Source: Macrostomum lignano
Taxonomy: Eukaryota
NCBI GenBank assembly: GCA_002269645.1
Contig: NIVC01000829.1
Location: forward strand, 62,001 to 126,000
DNA length: 64,000 nucleotides
Direction of reading: 5' to 3'
The notes below the pieces were generated by a model, which did not search any database, was not told the DNA's origin, and worked only from the letters and a program-made list of their open reading frames with translations. The translations under genes and the position numbers were made by a program. Shown here piece by piece: positions 1 to 10,830 of the stretch (position 1 is the stretch's first letter; each line of letters starts with the position of its first letter).

Positions 1-855
1 AGGCTTCTGGCTGTGGATTTCGAAGTTCTATGTTAGTAAAATCTGTTAGCTCGTAATATCTGCAAAATGTGTAATTTCCAGTACTCAAATTTAGCGCCGA
101 TCAAAGTTCGTTTTTTATAGCTAGCCTTATTATTCAAGAACTTCCACGCAATTTTGTTGTTTTTTGTTCAAGTACTCGTAAGTTTTGCAATGCTTTCGCA
201 GTCTCGAAGGTTTTTAAGTTTGTTTTTTTAAACCACAATATAAACGGCGGATTGCGTCACAAATAAGTTTCTTATTTTTCAAACGTTTTTATCTCCATTT
301 TTTAGTTATTTGAATATTAGTAAACATAAAGATCTTAAAGATTTAGTATATGAGCTAGGTGGATAGTTTCTATGTAAGCTCATTTTAGGTAGGTACTAGG
401 TAACTCATTTTCACTTTCTGTGATTATTCGCATGATTATACGATATGAAAACTGTCAGGCTAATGACTTTCTAAATTTTTAGATAATTTCAATTTATAAG
501 CATCTGATTTACTAAAACTCTCGCTGAATTTTTGTGAAATACTGAGCCCTTCTCGAGGAGCTTAAGCGTCTCAACACCGAATCAATGCTTTCCATCAAAT
601 CATGACTAATTTTTTTGCTTTCTTAGACTCAAAAATATGTGCAACCTCAGTACCAACCGAGGCACTGACCAATGAGAGGTTCCGATGCAGTACAGCATGG
701 TATGGTAGCAAGCTCAAGCCCTTGCATATATAGACAATTCGTTTTTTATCAACAATCACTTCTATTACAGCTTCAGCAGCGATTAGCATTTAGTATTTAT
801 ATATATTTTTAGTATTACTCGTATGCTCAGTAGCTAATATTTTCTCTTTTATGCT

Positions 856-2364
856 ATGACAACCGATAGCGTCGATGCAGAATCCGATGCACAGACGTGC
901 ACCATGACACATTGCACAGAGCCTTCGTCAGGTCTTGGAATATACTGGAGGGGGCAACTCTGCGAGCGACATCTCGCTAAAGATGAGAAGATTTTCGCAA
1001 AGAAAAACGCCGATGTTAAATCAGAGAACACTGAGGTATTATCGAAGACAGATGAACTGTTGAAAGCAAACAGGGTTGCTCTGTTTGAACTGACCAGCGA
1101 CAGAGCTGAGGCCGCTGACCTGTTTGACGCAATATTTCAGAGATTGCAGCAGTGCAGAGAAAATGTGATGAGCAGATTGGACTCTAAAATAGACAATGTG
1201 GAGCAGAATTTGAGAGCCCTCAGTTTCATAGAAAAGCTTTCTGTCGAGATCGGCGAGGAGGAAGCCAAAGGTGTTTCAACTAAAGGATTCAGGCTGCATC
1301 AAGAGGTCCAGATCTCGCTTGAAGATGCCCCGATATCAGAAGAGTTTGTCGATCCGGTAGACAACAGTGTGCACCAGGTACTGAGATTGCAACAAGCTGT
1401 TAGGACTTTTGCAGATGAGGCAGAGGATCCTGAGGATAAGAAACGAGAAAGTAGACTTAAGTCTGCCGTGCCCACTGTAAAAATGGCGCCTAATTTGTTA
1501 AACAATTTTTTGTTTATTCTCGCTGCTGTTTGCAGCAATACTGCTGGATACTATTTCTCAGCTCAAGCAGTCACGAAGACAAACCAAAACGGATTTCAAG
1601 CTCTACCTAGCGGAAGCACTTTTTGTGTGGCTAATAATTCGCAGTATTGGTTTTTCATGGTCTGTAATTCAGACATGCAAATAATCAGTCAGTGGAACCT
1701 TGGGAACAACGGAGTGCAGTTAGCTTCAGGCACACTTGTTGATCATCTTCAGCAGATATTTCTTCTTGGAACCAATCAGTTCCTAATTGTGACTGACCTG
1801 ACTGGCACCCAGTTGCGAAGTGTCCAGAATGTGCAGTGCCAAGCTCCAATAAGCCTCACTCATGACATGGAGAAGCTGTACATTCTCAGCAACGGTTGCG
1901 TGAACTGCCTCTCTCTGGAGTCACTTGAGCTGCAGCAGAGCTTGACGCTGCCTGATCATGTGAAGGACGCTCGCAGTGTAACAGCTTCCAGACACAGCTT
2001 AATTCTGGCTACTCCATCAGCTGTGCATCGATTAAACATCGGCACCGGTGGTGTGAAGAAGCTGATAGACAGTCAGAACTTTTGTGTCGCTGTCATTGAC
2101 TCTATATTGATTGCAGTGTGCGAAACTAATGGAAATGCTGTTTTTGTGAGCAGCTCAGGGCAGCGGTTGAGAAGTTTCACTCTTTCAGACTATGGTTTCA
2201 ACTACGTGAACTATTGTCAAGCGTGTGGACGGAGTAGGTACAATAATATCATCTGTCACTCTGTCATCTGCTGCGGATCCTATTTAGATTCCACAGGCTG
2301 TTTCGTTCTTCTTATGCACATGTCATGCGGACACCAACTCCTTGGGCGCGTTTCTATTAGTTAA
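856..2364 (+). CDS. TRIM-NHL-like protein without RING, paralogue 1 (Zn-finger/B-box-like motif, coiled coil, beta-propeller)
   Basis: Intact 502-aa single-exon ORF. N-terminal C-x4-C-x15-C-x2-H (CTMTHC..YWRGQLCERH), then a BBC-like helix (RAEAADLFDAIFQRLQQCRENVMSRLDSKI), then beta-strand repeats (VTDLTG, LTHDMEKLYIL). Colinear with two downstream paralogues. The family call is inferred from architecture. Confidence 0.65.
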   Translation: MTTDSVDAESDAQTCTMTHCTEPSSGLGIYWRGQLCERHLAKDEKIFAKKNADVKSENTEVLSKTDELLKANRVALFELTSDRAEAADLFDAIFQRLQQCRENVMSRLDSKIDNVEQNLRALSFIEKLSVEIGEEEAKGVSTKGFRLHQEVQISLEDAPISEEFVDPVDNSVHQVLRLQQAVRTFADEAEDPEDKKRESRLKSAVPTVKMAPNLLNNFLFILAAVCSNTAGYYFSAQAVTKTNQNGFQALPSGSTFCVANNSQYWFFMVCNSDMQIISQWNLGNNGVQLASGTLVDHLQQIFLLGTNQFLIVTDLTGTQLRSVQNVQCQAPISLTHDMEKLYILSNGCVNCLSLESLELQQSLTLPDHVKDARSVTASRHSLILATPSAVHRLNIGTGGVKKLIDSQNFCVAVIDSILIAVCETNGNAVFVSSSGQRLRSFTLSDYGFNYVNYCQACGRSRYNNIICHSVICCGSYLDSTGCFVLLMHMSCGHQLLGRVSIS

Positions 2365-4009
2365 TCCAATCGCTGTTGTACCGTTTTTTTCAGAGACTTT
2401 TGCTTTAATCTAGTAAGGTATTATTTCGAAAAAGCTCACTACTGACGCCGTTTAAAATTTATCAAAGACAAGGAGCATGTCTTTACGTTGCTAAAACACC
2501 TACAATAAAACCCCATAATTTTTCTTGCAAGGTGGTTGTAATATTAAGCGCGTGGTTATAAGTTTTCACGAAGAAAAATCAATGAGGAATTAGTTTTCAA
2601 CTATGTGAACAATTGCCACACTTGTCAACGGACGTTAGTATACTTAGTGGTCCCAGATATCATGGTACCATCTATTATAATTAGCATCCGCGCTAATAGT
2701 CAATTGACAAAATAGACAAAAATGTTGTCTAATTTTCTCAAGCTCTTCTATTGCCTACTCTCGGTATAGCTGTTTTTCTAATTTCTAATACTGTTACTCT
2801 TGTGAGTTACGTCGTAATACTGACTATGGTAACTAATGACTCTGTTTAAAAAATATATGAGGTAGCTAAGGAGCATTGTCATGATAATTATTACAATGAT
2901 AATGAAATATGTATTTTTAGTCCTTGTTTGCTGTAGATACGTCGATCGAATAAATTTTAATTTTTGTATTTTATTGTAGAGTTCACTGCGAAATGATTCC
3001 ACATTCAAACATTTACTCAAATAAAGCTTTTTTTAGAAATTTCTCTTAGCGCTAAATTTGTTGAATACATTATCAAAGCTAGCACATTAGTTCTATCTTT
3101 AACAATTAAAGCATGTGCGATTTTTAAATTTGCTTAAAACTTTAACTGTAGTACTGTTTAAAGGCTGTGTATTGTCAGTTTTGTAGTAGGTAAGTTGAAT
3201 TTACAATTCAATAAACGTGACTCGTCAGTGGAAATGTAAACTTTTAATTCGCTCTCCATGTACACGTCAAGCTATTGAAAATTTTAGCAACAATATCGTG
3301 AAAGGCACCTAAAATTGCACTAGCTACACAGACGAGGTTGAGTAACGTTTGCAATGCGTACAACCAGAGCCTGTAGTAATATAATGTATTTAAAACAATA
3401 ATTTTTTTGTAAATAGTTGTTTAAAATATTATGCATCAATATCTATGCATTAAAAACGTTCAAACATTGTTATTTTCAGTCACCTAACGATGCTGAGCAT
3501 AAACACGTTGTATGCCCAAGCGGCTTGTTCTCACAATTGCCTAAAATTTTATTTATTTTTTATATTTGTTGTTTTGTTTGCTTGTAAACTGTCTGATGAC
3601 TTTCTTATAAAAATACCAATTTTTTAAGATTTTCCCTTCGTCCGTCCGTCCAATGTTCTAGATATTGAACCATTTGAGCAGTTTTTATCTCGTTTGCGCC
3701 ATATTTATTTCTAATCTATTATTACAACTTATAATCGATAAAATAGTTAAATGTACACAATATTGATATTATTAAATTCTTTTTTATATTATTAACTCTT
3801 TCTAAATGTAGTTTTCCCGTTTTTTTGAGGTTAACTCGAAGGCAACGTTTTGTTGCCTTTGGCTGAATCTTGTTTTTAATTTTACAGATATTACATGTCT
3901 CATCAGCTAATTTTATTAAAATATTTAGTTACCAGAAAGTTTTTCGACGTGTTTGATAATTTCATTTTTAACATTTTGCTTAACTCGTAACTTTGTTCTT
4001 TATGGATAA

Positions 4010-4810
4010 TGACAAGCTGTTGAAACCCGGGGAATTTAAATCCCTGGAACTATTTTTGCATGTACTCGTATTCTAAAATCTGAGGTCAAACTCAAACAAA
4101 AACTTGCTAGTAGTTAGGATGGAGTTAAACATAAAATAGAGTATGTAAAATTAGGATTTGAGGCAAGAGATCCCAGCAAATATTTATATTGTTGGCTGGG
4201 GTGCTGCGAACAGGCAAACTCTGGCCTCCATGCCTCTCCTTATATCCCTTTCATCCTCAGAAACTTCCATCTTCTCTTCTGTTTCCTCTCTTCTCTCTCG
4301 TCTCTGTCTCTTCTCTCTCTCCTCTATCCCCTATTCTCTTGTCTATTCCTCTATTCTTTTATCCCTCCTCTCCTCCCTCCTCTCTACTCTATACTCTCCT
4401 CTCATCTCTTCTCTTCTTTCCTCTCTCCTCTCTTCTATCGTCTCCCTCACCTCTTCCCTCACCTCTCTTCTCTCTCGTCTTTGCTCTCTTATCTATCTAG
4501 TTGATCTTTGTTTATCAAAGTTTATCTTTGCTCTAGTCGAAGATTAATTGTTTCAAATTTGAAGAGGATCGGTAGAAGTGAAGCGGCGCTATGGAGGATC
4601 TAGTGAAAAAATCGCGCATTTTGAGTAGTTTTTTGCACTTTTAGGTGGGAAGACTCAGATTTAGGAAATTTTAAGGTAGCCTATGACACTTTCCGTACTG
4701 AATTTAGGGTGGGTGCAAAATTTGGTTGAGTGGTTTGGGAGTCTATAGCGAAGTAATTTGTACACAGACAGACAAACACACAGAGTTTTGATTTTTATAG
4801 GTATAGATTA
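4010..4810 (+). mobile_element. Possible non-autonomous Helitron/HINE-like element containing a CT microsatellite
   Basis: Internal CT-rich tract and a 3' end reading gtgcaaaatttggttga...acagacagacaaacacac...ttttataggtatagat, which resembles invertebrate HINE/Lep1-type ends as I recall them. Boundaries are approximate. Confidence 0.3.
4258..4495. repeat. CT-rich low-complexity tract
   Basis: Seen directly; it produces the spurious L/S-rich ORFs at 4158-4547. Confidence 0.85.
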
Positions 4811-4926
4811 TTGGTGTGTAAAAAATAGCATTTTCTAAATGACAAGTACGAGCTCCTACCTACATTTATTAGAAATGTATTATCGGAGTTTTAAAGGTTT
4901 TTCTTGACACTATATTATAGATTATT

Positions 4927-6474
4927 ATGAAAACAATGTACATAAACGCTTCAGCGATGGCAACAAAACGAAAATCAAGCGCAAAAAGCGACGAGCAGGA
5001 TCCACCAGCAAGCCGACTGTGCAGCCTCAGCCACTGCCAGAGCCCGGCTTCGGGCCGTGGACACTATTGGGCCGGGCCTCTCTGCGCTGAGCATCTCGAG
5101 AGTGACAAAGAGCAGTTTAAAAGTCGGTTCGCCAGCATTAAGAAGGAAACCGATTCGATACTCGCTAGTGCCTCGCAGCTCACAAACCGCGCTAAAGCTG
5201 CTCAATTTGAGCTGACGATTGACCGGGCTGAGGCGGCTGACCTGTTTGATGATATCCTTGAAAGAGTGAATCAGTGCAGGGAGAAAGTGCTTGGTAGATT
5301 AGACTCGAATATTGCAGATATGGAGCAGATCCAGAGGTCTCTCAGCTGTGTAGAGAAACTTTCGGTTGATATCAAGGACGCAGAAACTGGAAAGAATCTA
5401 TTGCGCAGTTATAACCTCAGAATGGAACTGCAGATGTCAGTCCCAAGCGCACTTGTTTCAAGTGATTGGGTCGATCCTGTGGACAGCAGTATTGTGCAGG
5501 TGAATAAACTACTACGGACTGTGGAGACCCAGGTCACCAATGCTGAGTCATTAAGTGACCAAGCCATGGTAGAGAGATTTAAGACGTGCCAACCAAGTCT
5601 ATCCGCCATCCACATGGATGTTAGATTATCAATTGCTTTCGTCGGTTTGTGCTACAAGACTGATGGATACTTTTACTCTGGTCAGTCGCTCTCTAAGACG
5701 TGTCAGCCTGGGTTTCAGGCCCTGCCAAGCGCTTGTGTATTCGTCTTTTGCAATTCAGGTCCGTATCCTAGATGCGTTTCAGTTTACAATTTCGATGGTG
5801 CTCTTCTCAGTCGATGGAACACTCAGTATGAAGTTGCTTCTGGCGAACTGGTGAATCATCTGCAGCAGTTTTTCCTGCTCAATGGCAGCCAGTCTTTGAC
5901 AGTGACTGATCTGGCGGGAACTCAGCTTCGCACTATTCAGCATGTGCAGCTTGGAACTGTACTCGGCCTGACTCACGACATGGACAAGCTGTACATTCTC
6001 GGACATAGTGGTGTCCAGTTCATGTCCTTGGAAACATGCGAGCTGCAGACGAAGATAAAAATATCGCATGATATTAAAGAGGCTCATAGCATCGTGCATC
6101 GAAACCGCAGTTTGATCATCACCACCTCATCGGCAGTTTATCGGATGAGTCTTAGAACTCATCAATTCTCGAAGCTGTATCAGAGCAGTGGCTCGAATAT
6201 TAGATGTGCAGCTGAACTCTGCTCAGAATTTCTGGCTGTGTGCGACAGTGATGGAAGTGTAAAAATTCTGGATGGCAACGGACGAGAGATTAAGGTAATT
6301 GAGTTGGTGTCGTTAGGTGCGAATTATTTCACTCGTTGTCAGAACTGTGGTATAAATTACCGCCTCGAGTCGGTTCGTTGCTGCAGTTTTAGCAGGGAGT
6401 CGACGAGCACTTTGCTGCTATTTCTCAGCTTGTCCTGCACCCATCGCGTTTTAGTGCGCCTCTGCATCTCCTAG
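4927..6474 (+). CDS. TRIM-NHL-like protein without RING, paralogue 2
   Basis: 515-aa ORF with the same motifs: CSLSHC..YWAGPLCAEH, RAEAADLFDDILERVNQCREKVLGRLDS, VTDLAG, LTHDMDKLYIL. Confidence 0.65.
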   Translation: MKTMYINASAMATKRKSSAKSDEQDPPASRLCSLSHCQSPASGRGHYWAGPLCAEHLESDKEQFKSRFASIKKETDSILASASQLTNRAKAAQFELTIDRAEAADLFDDILERVNQCREKVLGRLDSNIADMEQIQRSLSCVEKLSVDIKDAETGKNLLRSYNLRMELQMSVPSALVSSDWVDPVDSSIVQVNKLLRTVETQVTNAESLSDQAMVERFKTCQPSLSAIHMDVRLSIAFVGLCYKTDGYFYSGQSLSKTCQPGFQALPSACVFVFCNSGPYPRCVSVYNFDGALLSRWNTQYEVASGELVNHLQQFFLLNGSQSLTVTDLAGTQLRTIQHVQLGTVLGLTHDMDKLYILGHSGVQFMSLETCELQTKIKISHDIKEAHSIVHRNRSLIITTSSAVYRMSLRTHQFSKLYQSSGSNIRCAAELCSEFLAVCDSDGSVKILDGNGREIKVIELVSLGANYFTRCQNCGINYRLESVRCCSFSRESTSTLLLFLSLSCTHRVLVRLCIS

Positions 6475-8169
6475 GTAACGTCATATGACTTTTTAAGTTG
6501 ATGCGTTTTTCTGTTAGCTTTAATTTTTCAAACGAACAGGACGTGTTTTCAACATATCGAGTTGTCTGTTTTTTATGAAAGTTTATGCGGCTGATTTTCT
6601 ATAGACGATGAAGCTCTTATAGTGTTTCTAAAAGTTCAAGTACCACCATTCTAAGAAAATGTTTTTTTTGTTGTTCATTGTCTAATAAAGTCAGGCTCCT
6701 ATGAGGCTTTCTTTTGACAATTTTGAAAATTAAAGATTCAAAAACTTTAAATGATCAGTACGTGGTCTGGGCTGTCAGTGCCTCTATGGCTGTGGGCATC
6801 AGTGTAAATCTTGGATTGCGTATCATTGTTGCTTTTCTTTAGTCGCATAAGGCGTTTGCCTTTTGAGTTGATTTTCGAATGAAATAGAGCTAATAATTAA
6901 AAACAAAACAATGAATGTTTCGATCGAACGATGATGAAAGCCGACTGATACAGTTCATGAGAACGAATAGCTACTTTTTGTTTGCAGTTTTCATTCGTAA
7001 GTATTTTTTCAATAAACCAGTCTAATTTCCGGTGCCATCTTAGTGTTACCAATGCACAAACGTATTTTTATAGTAGCATTGTGGTGTTGGCGTTATAAAT
7101 ATTTAGAAAGTATTTATCGAGAAGTGCTACAGCTTGTTTCTACTTTTCTACTGTCGAAAACAGCTCAATATGTTTACGTTATTATTTTTTTGAATTACAT
7201 GTACCTAGTTATTTGCTTATAATCGTTTTCAATTAAATTTATTATGTATAAATTATATAGCTTTGGTATGTTTTTTATAATACTTATTGTAATAGTTAAT
7301 GGCTACTTTGGAGTATTAAACTCAAAGTTTTGAGCCACGCAATTTCTAGTTTTTTTATTTTTATCCATCTATAAGTTCTCAAATAAGTGATGAATCATTG
7401 GGGAAAGTTTTATTAGGTTCTTTAACAATGTGCGAATGGTAAGTACCTCTGTGTTTGTCTGAAGGTTGTTGATTTTGCACTCCACCATTTTTTAATTTTT
7501 AATATTAAGTATCACCTCCATTTTTCCCTAATCTCACTTACCTACGTTTGTGCAAGCAAGCACTATAATCCCCGGGCCCCCAACTTTACAGAAAGTGCAC
7601 ATAAAGTGGATTGAATAGTTTTAGTGAATATAAATTGTTATAGGCAAACAATAACCTTCTAATTGTTGTGTTGTGCAAAAGCTTTCATAGGGATATACGA
7701 GTAGAAGTTTGATGTTTTGTAATACTACTCAAAACTAGCGCTGATTAAAGCTATTAAAAATTCCATCTTTAAGCTAGCCATTTTTTCAGGAACTTTAGCG
7801 CATTTATTTTAGTTGTTTTTGCTCAATTAAATTTTGTTATGACTTTGCATTCTACATTTCATTAATTACTCACGAAAAATTTAGCCTTTTAATTGTATGC
7901 AGCATATCTTTTTGTTAGGTTTTGTTACTTCCTGTACTTAATAACCAACTATACGACTTGAAAAAACGATAAAGTTTTTCATGTGTGTTCTTCTAAAACT
8001 CAACATAAACTGGCGGATTACGTCACAAAAAATTGTCTCTTTTAAAACGTTCCTTACTGCTTAGTTCTTAGTTATTTGAATGATTAGTAAACATATACCG
8101 GTAGTTTATATATTCGCTCTGGGTACCTACTAGCCAGCTCAATTTTACCTTTGTATGTTTATTTTTCTC

Positions 8170-9180
8170 ATCAGGTCATTATAGTCGTTGATGCACCCCA
8201 TTTCTTGACAGCGACTCTCCACCTCCTTCGATCCAAGGCCATCTTGCTCAGCTGCAGCATCTGTTCACTCCCAAGTCCTTCAGATTGCCTGTCCAGTCAC
8301 CTTGCGGCTTGCCTCTGCCCATTTTTTCCCTTAACACCACCATCAACCACTCCATCGCTTTTCGCAACATGCCCGAAGAAGCGGAAATTCCTTCTCTTGA
8401 TCAGACCTACACAGCCTTCCACCTCCTTTCCGAAAATGCTTGTCACTTCCTTTGTTATCTAGTCGTTAGTCTTTTCCGGGAAATGTACAGCATTCTTCTG
8501 TAGGTCTTCATCATTATTTGTCATTACTACCGATCGCATCAATTTTATTTTTCATGTGAATGTTTTCTTGCTCGATACAAATGTTGTCCAGTTTTGCCAG
8601 CGGTCTTTTAGCTCTTTCATTTCGTATCCAAATTTCCATGTCTGACTTTCCATTGTCTTCTCTATTCCCGATACAAGGTAGGTAAAGCTTCTCATACACG
8701 TGTTCCAAATGTACACGATTAACCTTCACATTCACCAACTAATTCTCCGAGCCCCTCCTCGGACTGCTATCATCTTGCTTTCTTGCTTAGAATTCTCAAG
8801 GAGAAGAAGAATCTTCTTCTGAACCCAGCTTGGCCCTCGCTTAGAACTTTTATATTGGGTGTGATCCTTTTCAAAATTACTTTTATTATCACTTGACGTG
8901 TGACTGACAGCTTGATGGTTCTACATGTACTGTTAGTCTTTTGGTATGGTGATGATTGGAATACTTTCTGCCAACTAATTTGGCGACTCTTGTCTTCAGG
9001 TTCTTGTTGCAAAGCTTGTGCAGCACTTTCGCTGTGATTTCCCCACCATCTTCAATGAGTTATGTCTTGTTGTTGTCTTCTCCTGGTGCCTCTTTCTGCT
9101 TCAGTTCTTTGATGGAAGCTTTAACTTTTGACAATAAGATTTCTAGCTCTTTTTTCTTTTTTTATAGGAATCGAACAGAC
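8170..9180 (-). mobile_element. Degenerate RTE-like non-LTR retrotransposon fragment
   Basis: Minus-strand translations include KVILKRITPNIKVLSEGQAGFRRR (RT QAGFR motif), VNRVHLEHVYEKLYL...EIWIRNERAKRPLAKL (post-RT region) and MALDRRRWR (typical RTE C-terminus). These lie in broken frames. Confidence 0.65.
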
Positions 9181-9267
9181 TGAAGTTTTGGCAATTGCTA
9201 ACTATAATTGATACGTGTAGATAAGCTTCTCTGAAAGTTAGCTGTCTATGATAGCACAGTTTATGAT

Positions 9268-10830
9268 ATGCACTTTTCTTTAATGCATGCCATAGCAACT
9301 AGCAGCACACATAGCGATCTACCGAACGATGAAACCTCTGAGCAGGACAAGCAGTGCAGCCTGAGGAGTTGCTACAGTCAAGCTTCTGGTCAGGGACTCT
9401 ACTGGGAAGGTCCTCTGTGTGCTGAGCACATGAAGAAAGATGAGAAACAGTTCCAGCAGCAATTGAGCGCCATCAAAATGGAAACCGATGAGTCATTGGC
9501 CAAAGTGTCCCAGCTAATCAAAAGCACCAGAGGGGCCCAGTTTGATCTGGAAAGTTACAGGGCTGATGCGGCTGACATGTTCGATTCAATCATGGAGAGA
9601 GTGAAACAATGCAGAGAAAATGTGATCGGTAGACTGGACTCAAAGATCGCCGATTTGGAGCAGAGTCTGAGATCTCTAAGCTCTGTGGAGCAACTATCGG
9701 CTGAGATCAGTGCTGCAGATGCTGAAGGAAACGCATTGAGCAGTTTTCGATTGAGAAAGGAGTTTAATATGTCAATGGTAGATGCTCCAAACACAAATCC
9801 GTGGGCCAATATTGTTGACCGCGGTGTGCAACAGATAGAAATACTTCAACAGGCGGTAAATACTCTTGCAGCTGAAGCTGAGGAATCTGATGACGATCTG
9901 CAGAGCAGATGGAAATCTGCAGTGTGCGTAGCTAAGAGAACGCAGTGTTGTGCGGATTCTGATTGGATTTTCACTGATGTAATCACTAATACGGATGGAT
10001 TATTTTGCTCTAAACAATCAATATCCACTACACTGCAGGATGGTTTTTATGCCCTTCCTCATTCTTGTATTCTTTCTGTTGCCAATGACTTTAATATCAA
10101 TGATTGGTGGTTTCGTATCGATAGCATGGACTTGAATGATGTAATCTGCCAATTGCAAATACCAAACAACGGAATCAAATTAATTTCCGGAAGACTTGTA
10201 AACCATACTAAGAGGATATTTCTGCTTGGCAAAGATCAAGAAAATCTGTCTATGTCTATAATCATGACTGACCTGACGGGTGCAAAGTTGCAAACTGTCC
10301 AGGATGTGCAGTTCGGTGCCAAACCGAGTATTACGCATGACATGGAGAAGCTGTACATTCTCAGTGACGGCTATGTCAACTGCCGCTCTCTGGAGTCGCT
10401 TGAGCTGCAGCAGAGCTTGAAGCTACCTGATCATGTGAAGGACGCTTGTAGTGTGACAGCCTCAGGACGCAGCTTGATTCTGGCCACCCCATCGGCGGTG
10501 CACCGGATGAGTTTAAGCACCAGCGTTACAGTCAAGTTAATGGATTGCCTGGATCGGCTTGTTACTGGCATTGGTTTGGATTTTTTTACCGTGTGTAGCT
10601 CTGCTATGGGCTCTGCTGAAGTTTTCAGCCGCATGGGTCGGTGTCTTAAGGAATTCGACTCCAAACAGCTTGGTCTCGAGTTGCAGTGCGGAGAATGTTG
10701 TAGCAGTTCTAATATGAAGTGTATCTGTTGTAGCTCAACATATTTTCAATCATCCAATGTGCTTATTCTTTTAGCAGAACTTTTTTGCTGCTATAACGAT
10801 GTTTTTCTTGTTCAAATATCCTTTAAATAG
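9268..10830 (+). CDS. TRIM-NHL-like protein without RING, paralogue 3
   Basis: 520-aa ORF with the same motifs: CSLRSC..YWEGPLCAEH, RADAADMFDSIMERVKQCRENVIGRLDSKI, MTDLTG, ITHDMEKLYIL. Confidence 0.65.
   Translation: MHFSLMHAIATSSTHSDLPNDETSEQDKQCSLRSCYSQASGQGLYWEGPLCAEHMKKDEKQFQQQLSAIKMETDESLAKVSQLIKSTRGAQFDLESYRADAADMFDSIMERVKQCRENVIGRLDSKIADLEQSLRSLSSVEQLSAEISAADAEGNALSSFRLRKEFNMSMVDAPNTNPWANIVDRGVQQIEILQQAVNTLAAEAEESDDDLQSRWKSAVCVAKRTQCCADSDWIFTDVITNTDGLFCSKQSISTTLQDGFYALPHSCILSVANDFNINDWWFRIDSMDLNDVICQLQIPNNGIKLISGRLVNHTKRIFLLGKDQENLSMSIIMTDLTGAKLQTVQDVQFGAKPSITHDMEKLYILSDGYVNCRSLESLELQQSLKLPDHVKDACSVTASGRSLILATPSAVHRMSLSTSVTVKLMDCLDRLVTGIGLDFFTVCSSAMGSAEVFSRMGRCLKEFDSKQLGLELQCGECCSSSNMKCICCSSTYFQSSNVLILLAELFCCYNDVFLVQISFK

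Noticed and set aside
595-789. Transposase fragment (Transib/hAT-like)
   Set aside because: Too short, and no diagnostic motif could be aligned with confidence.
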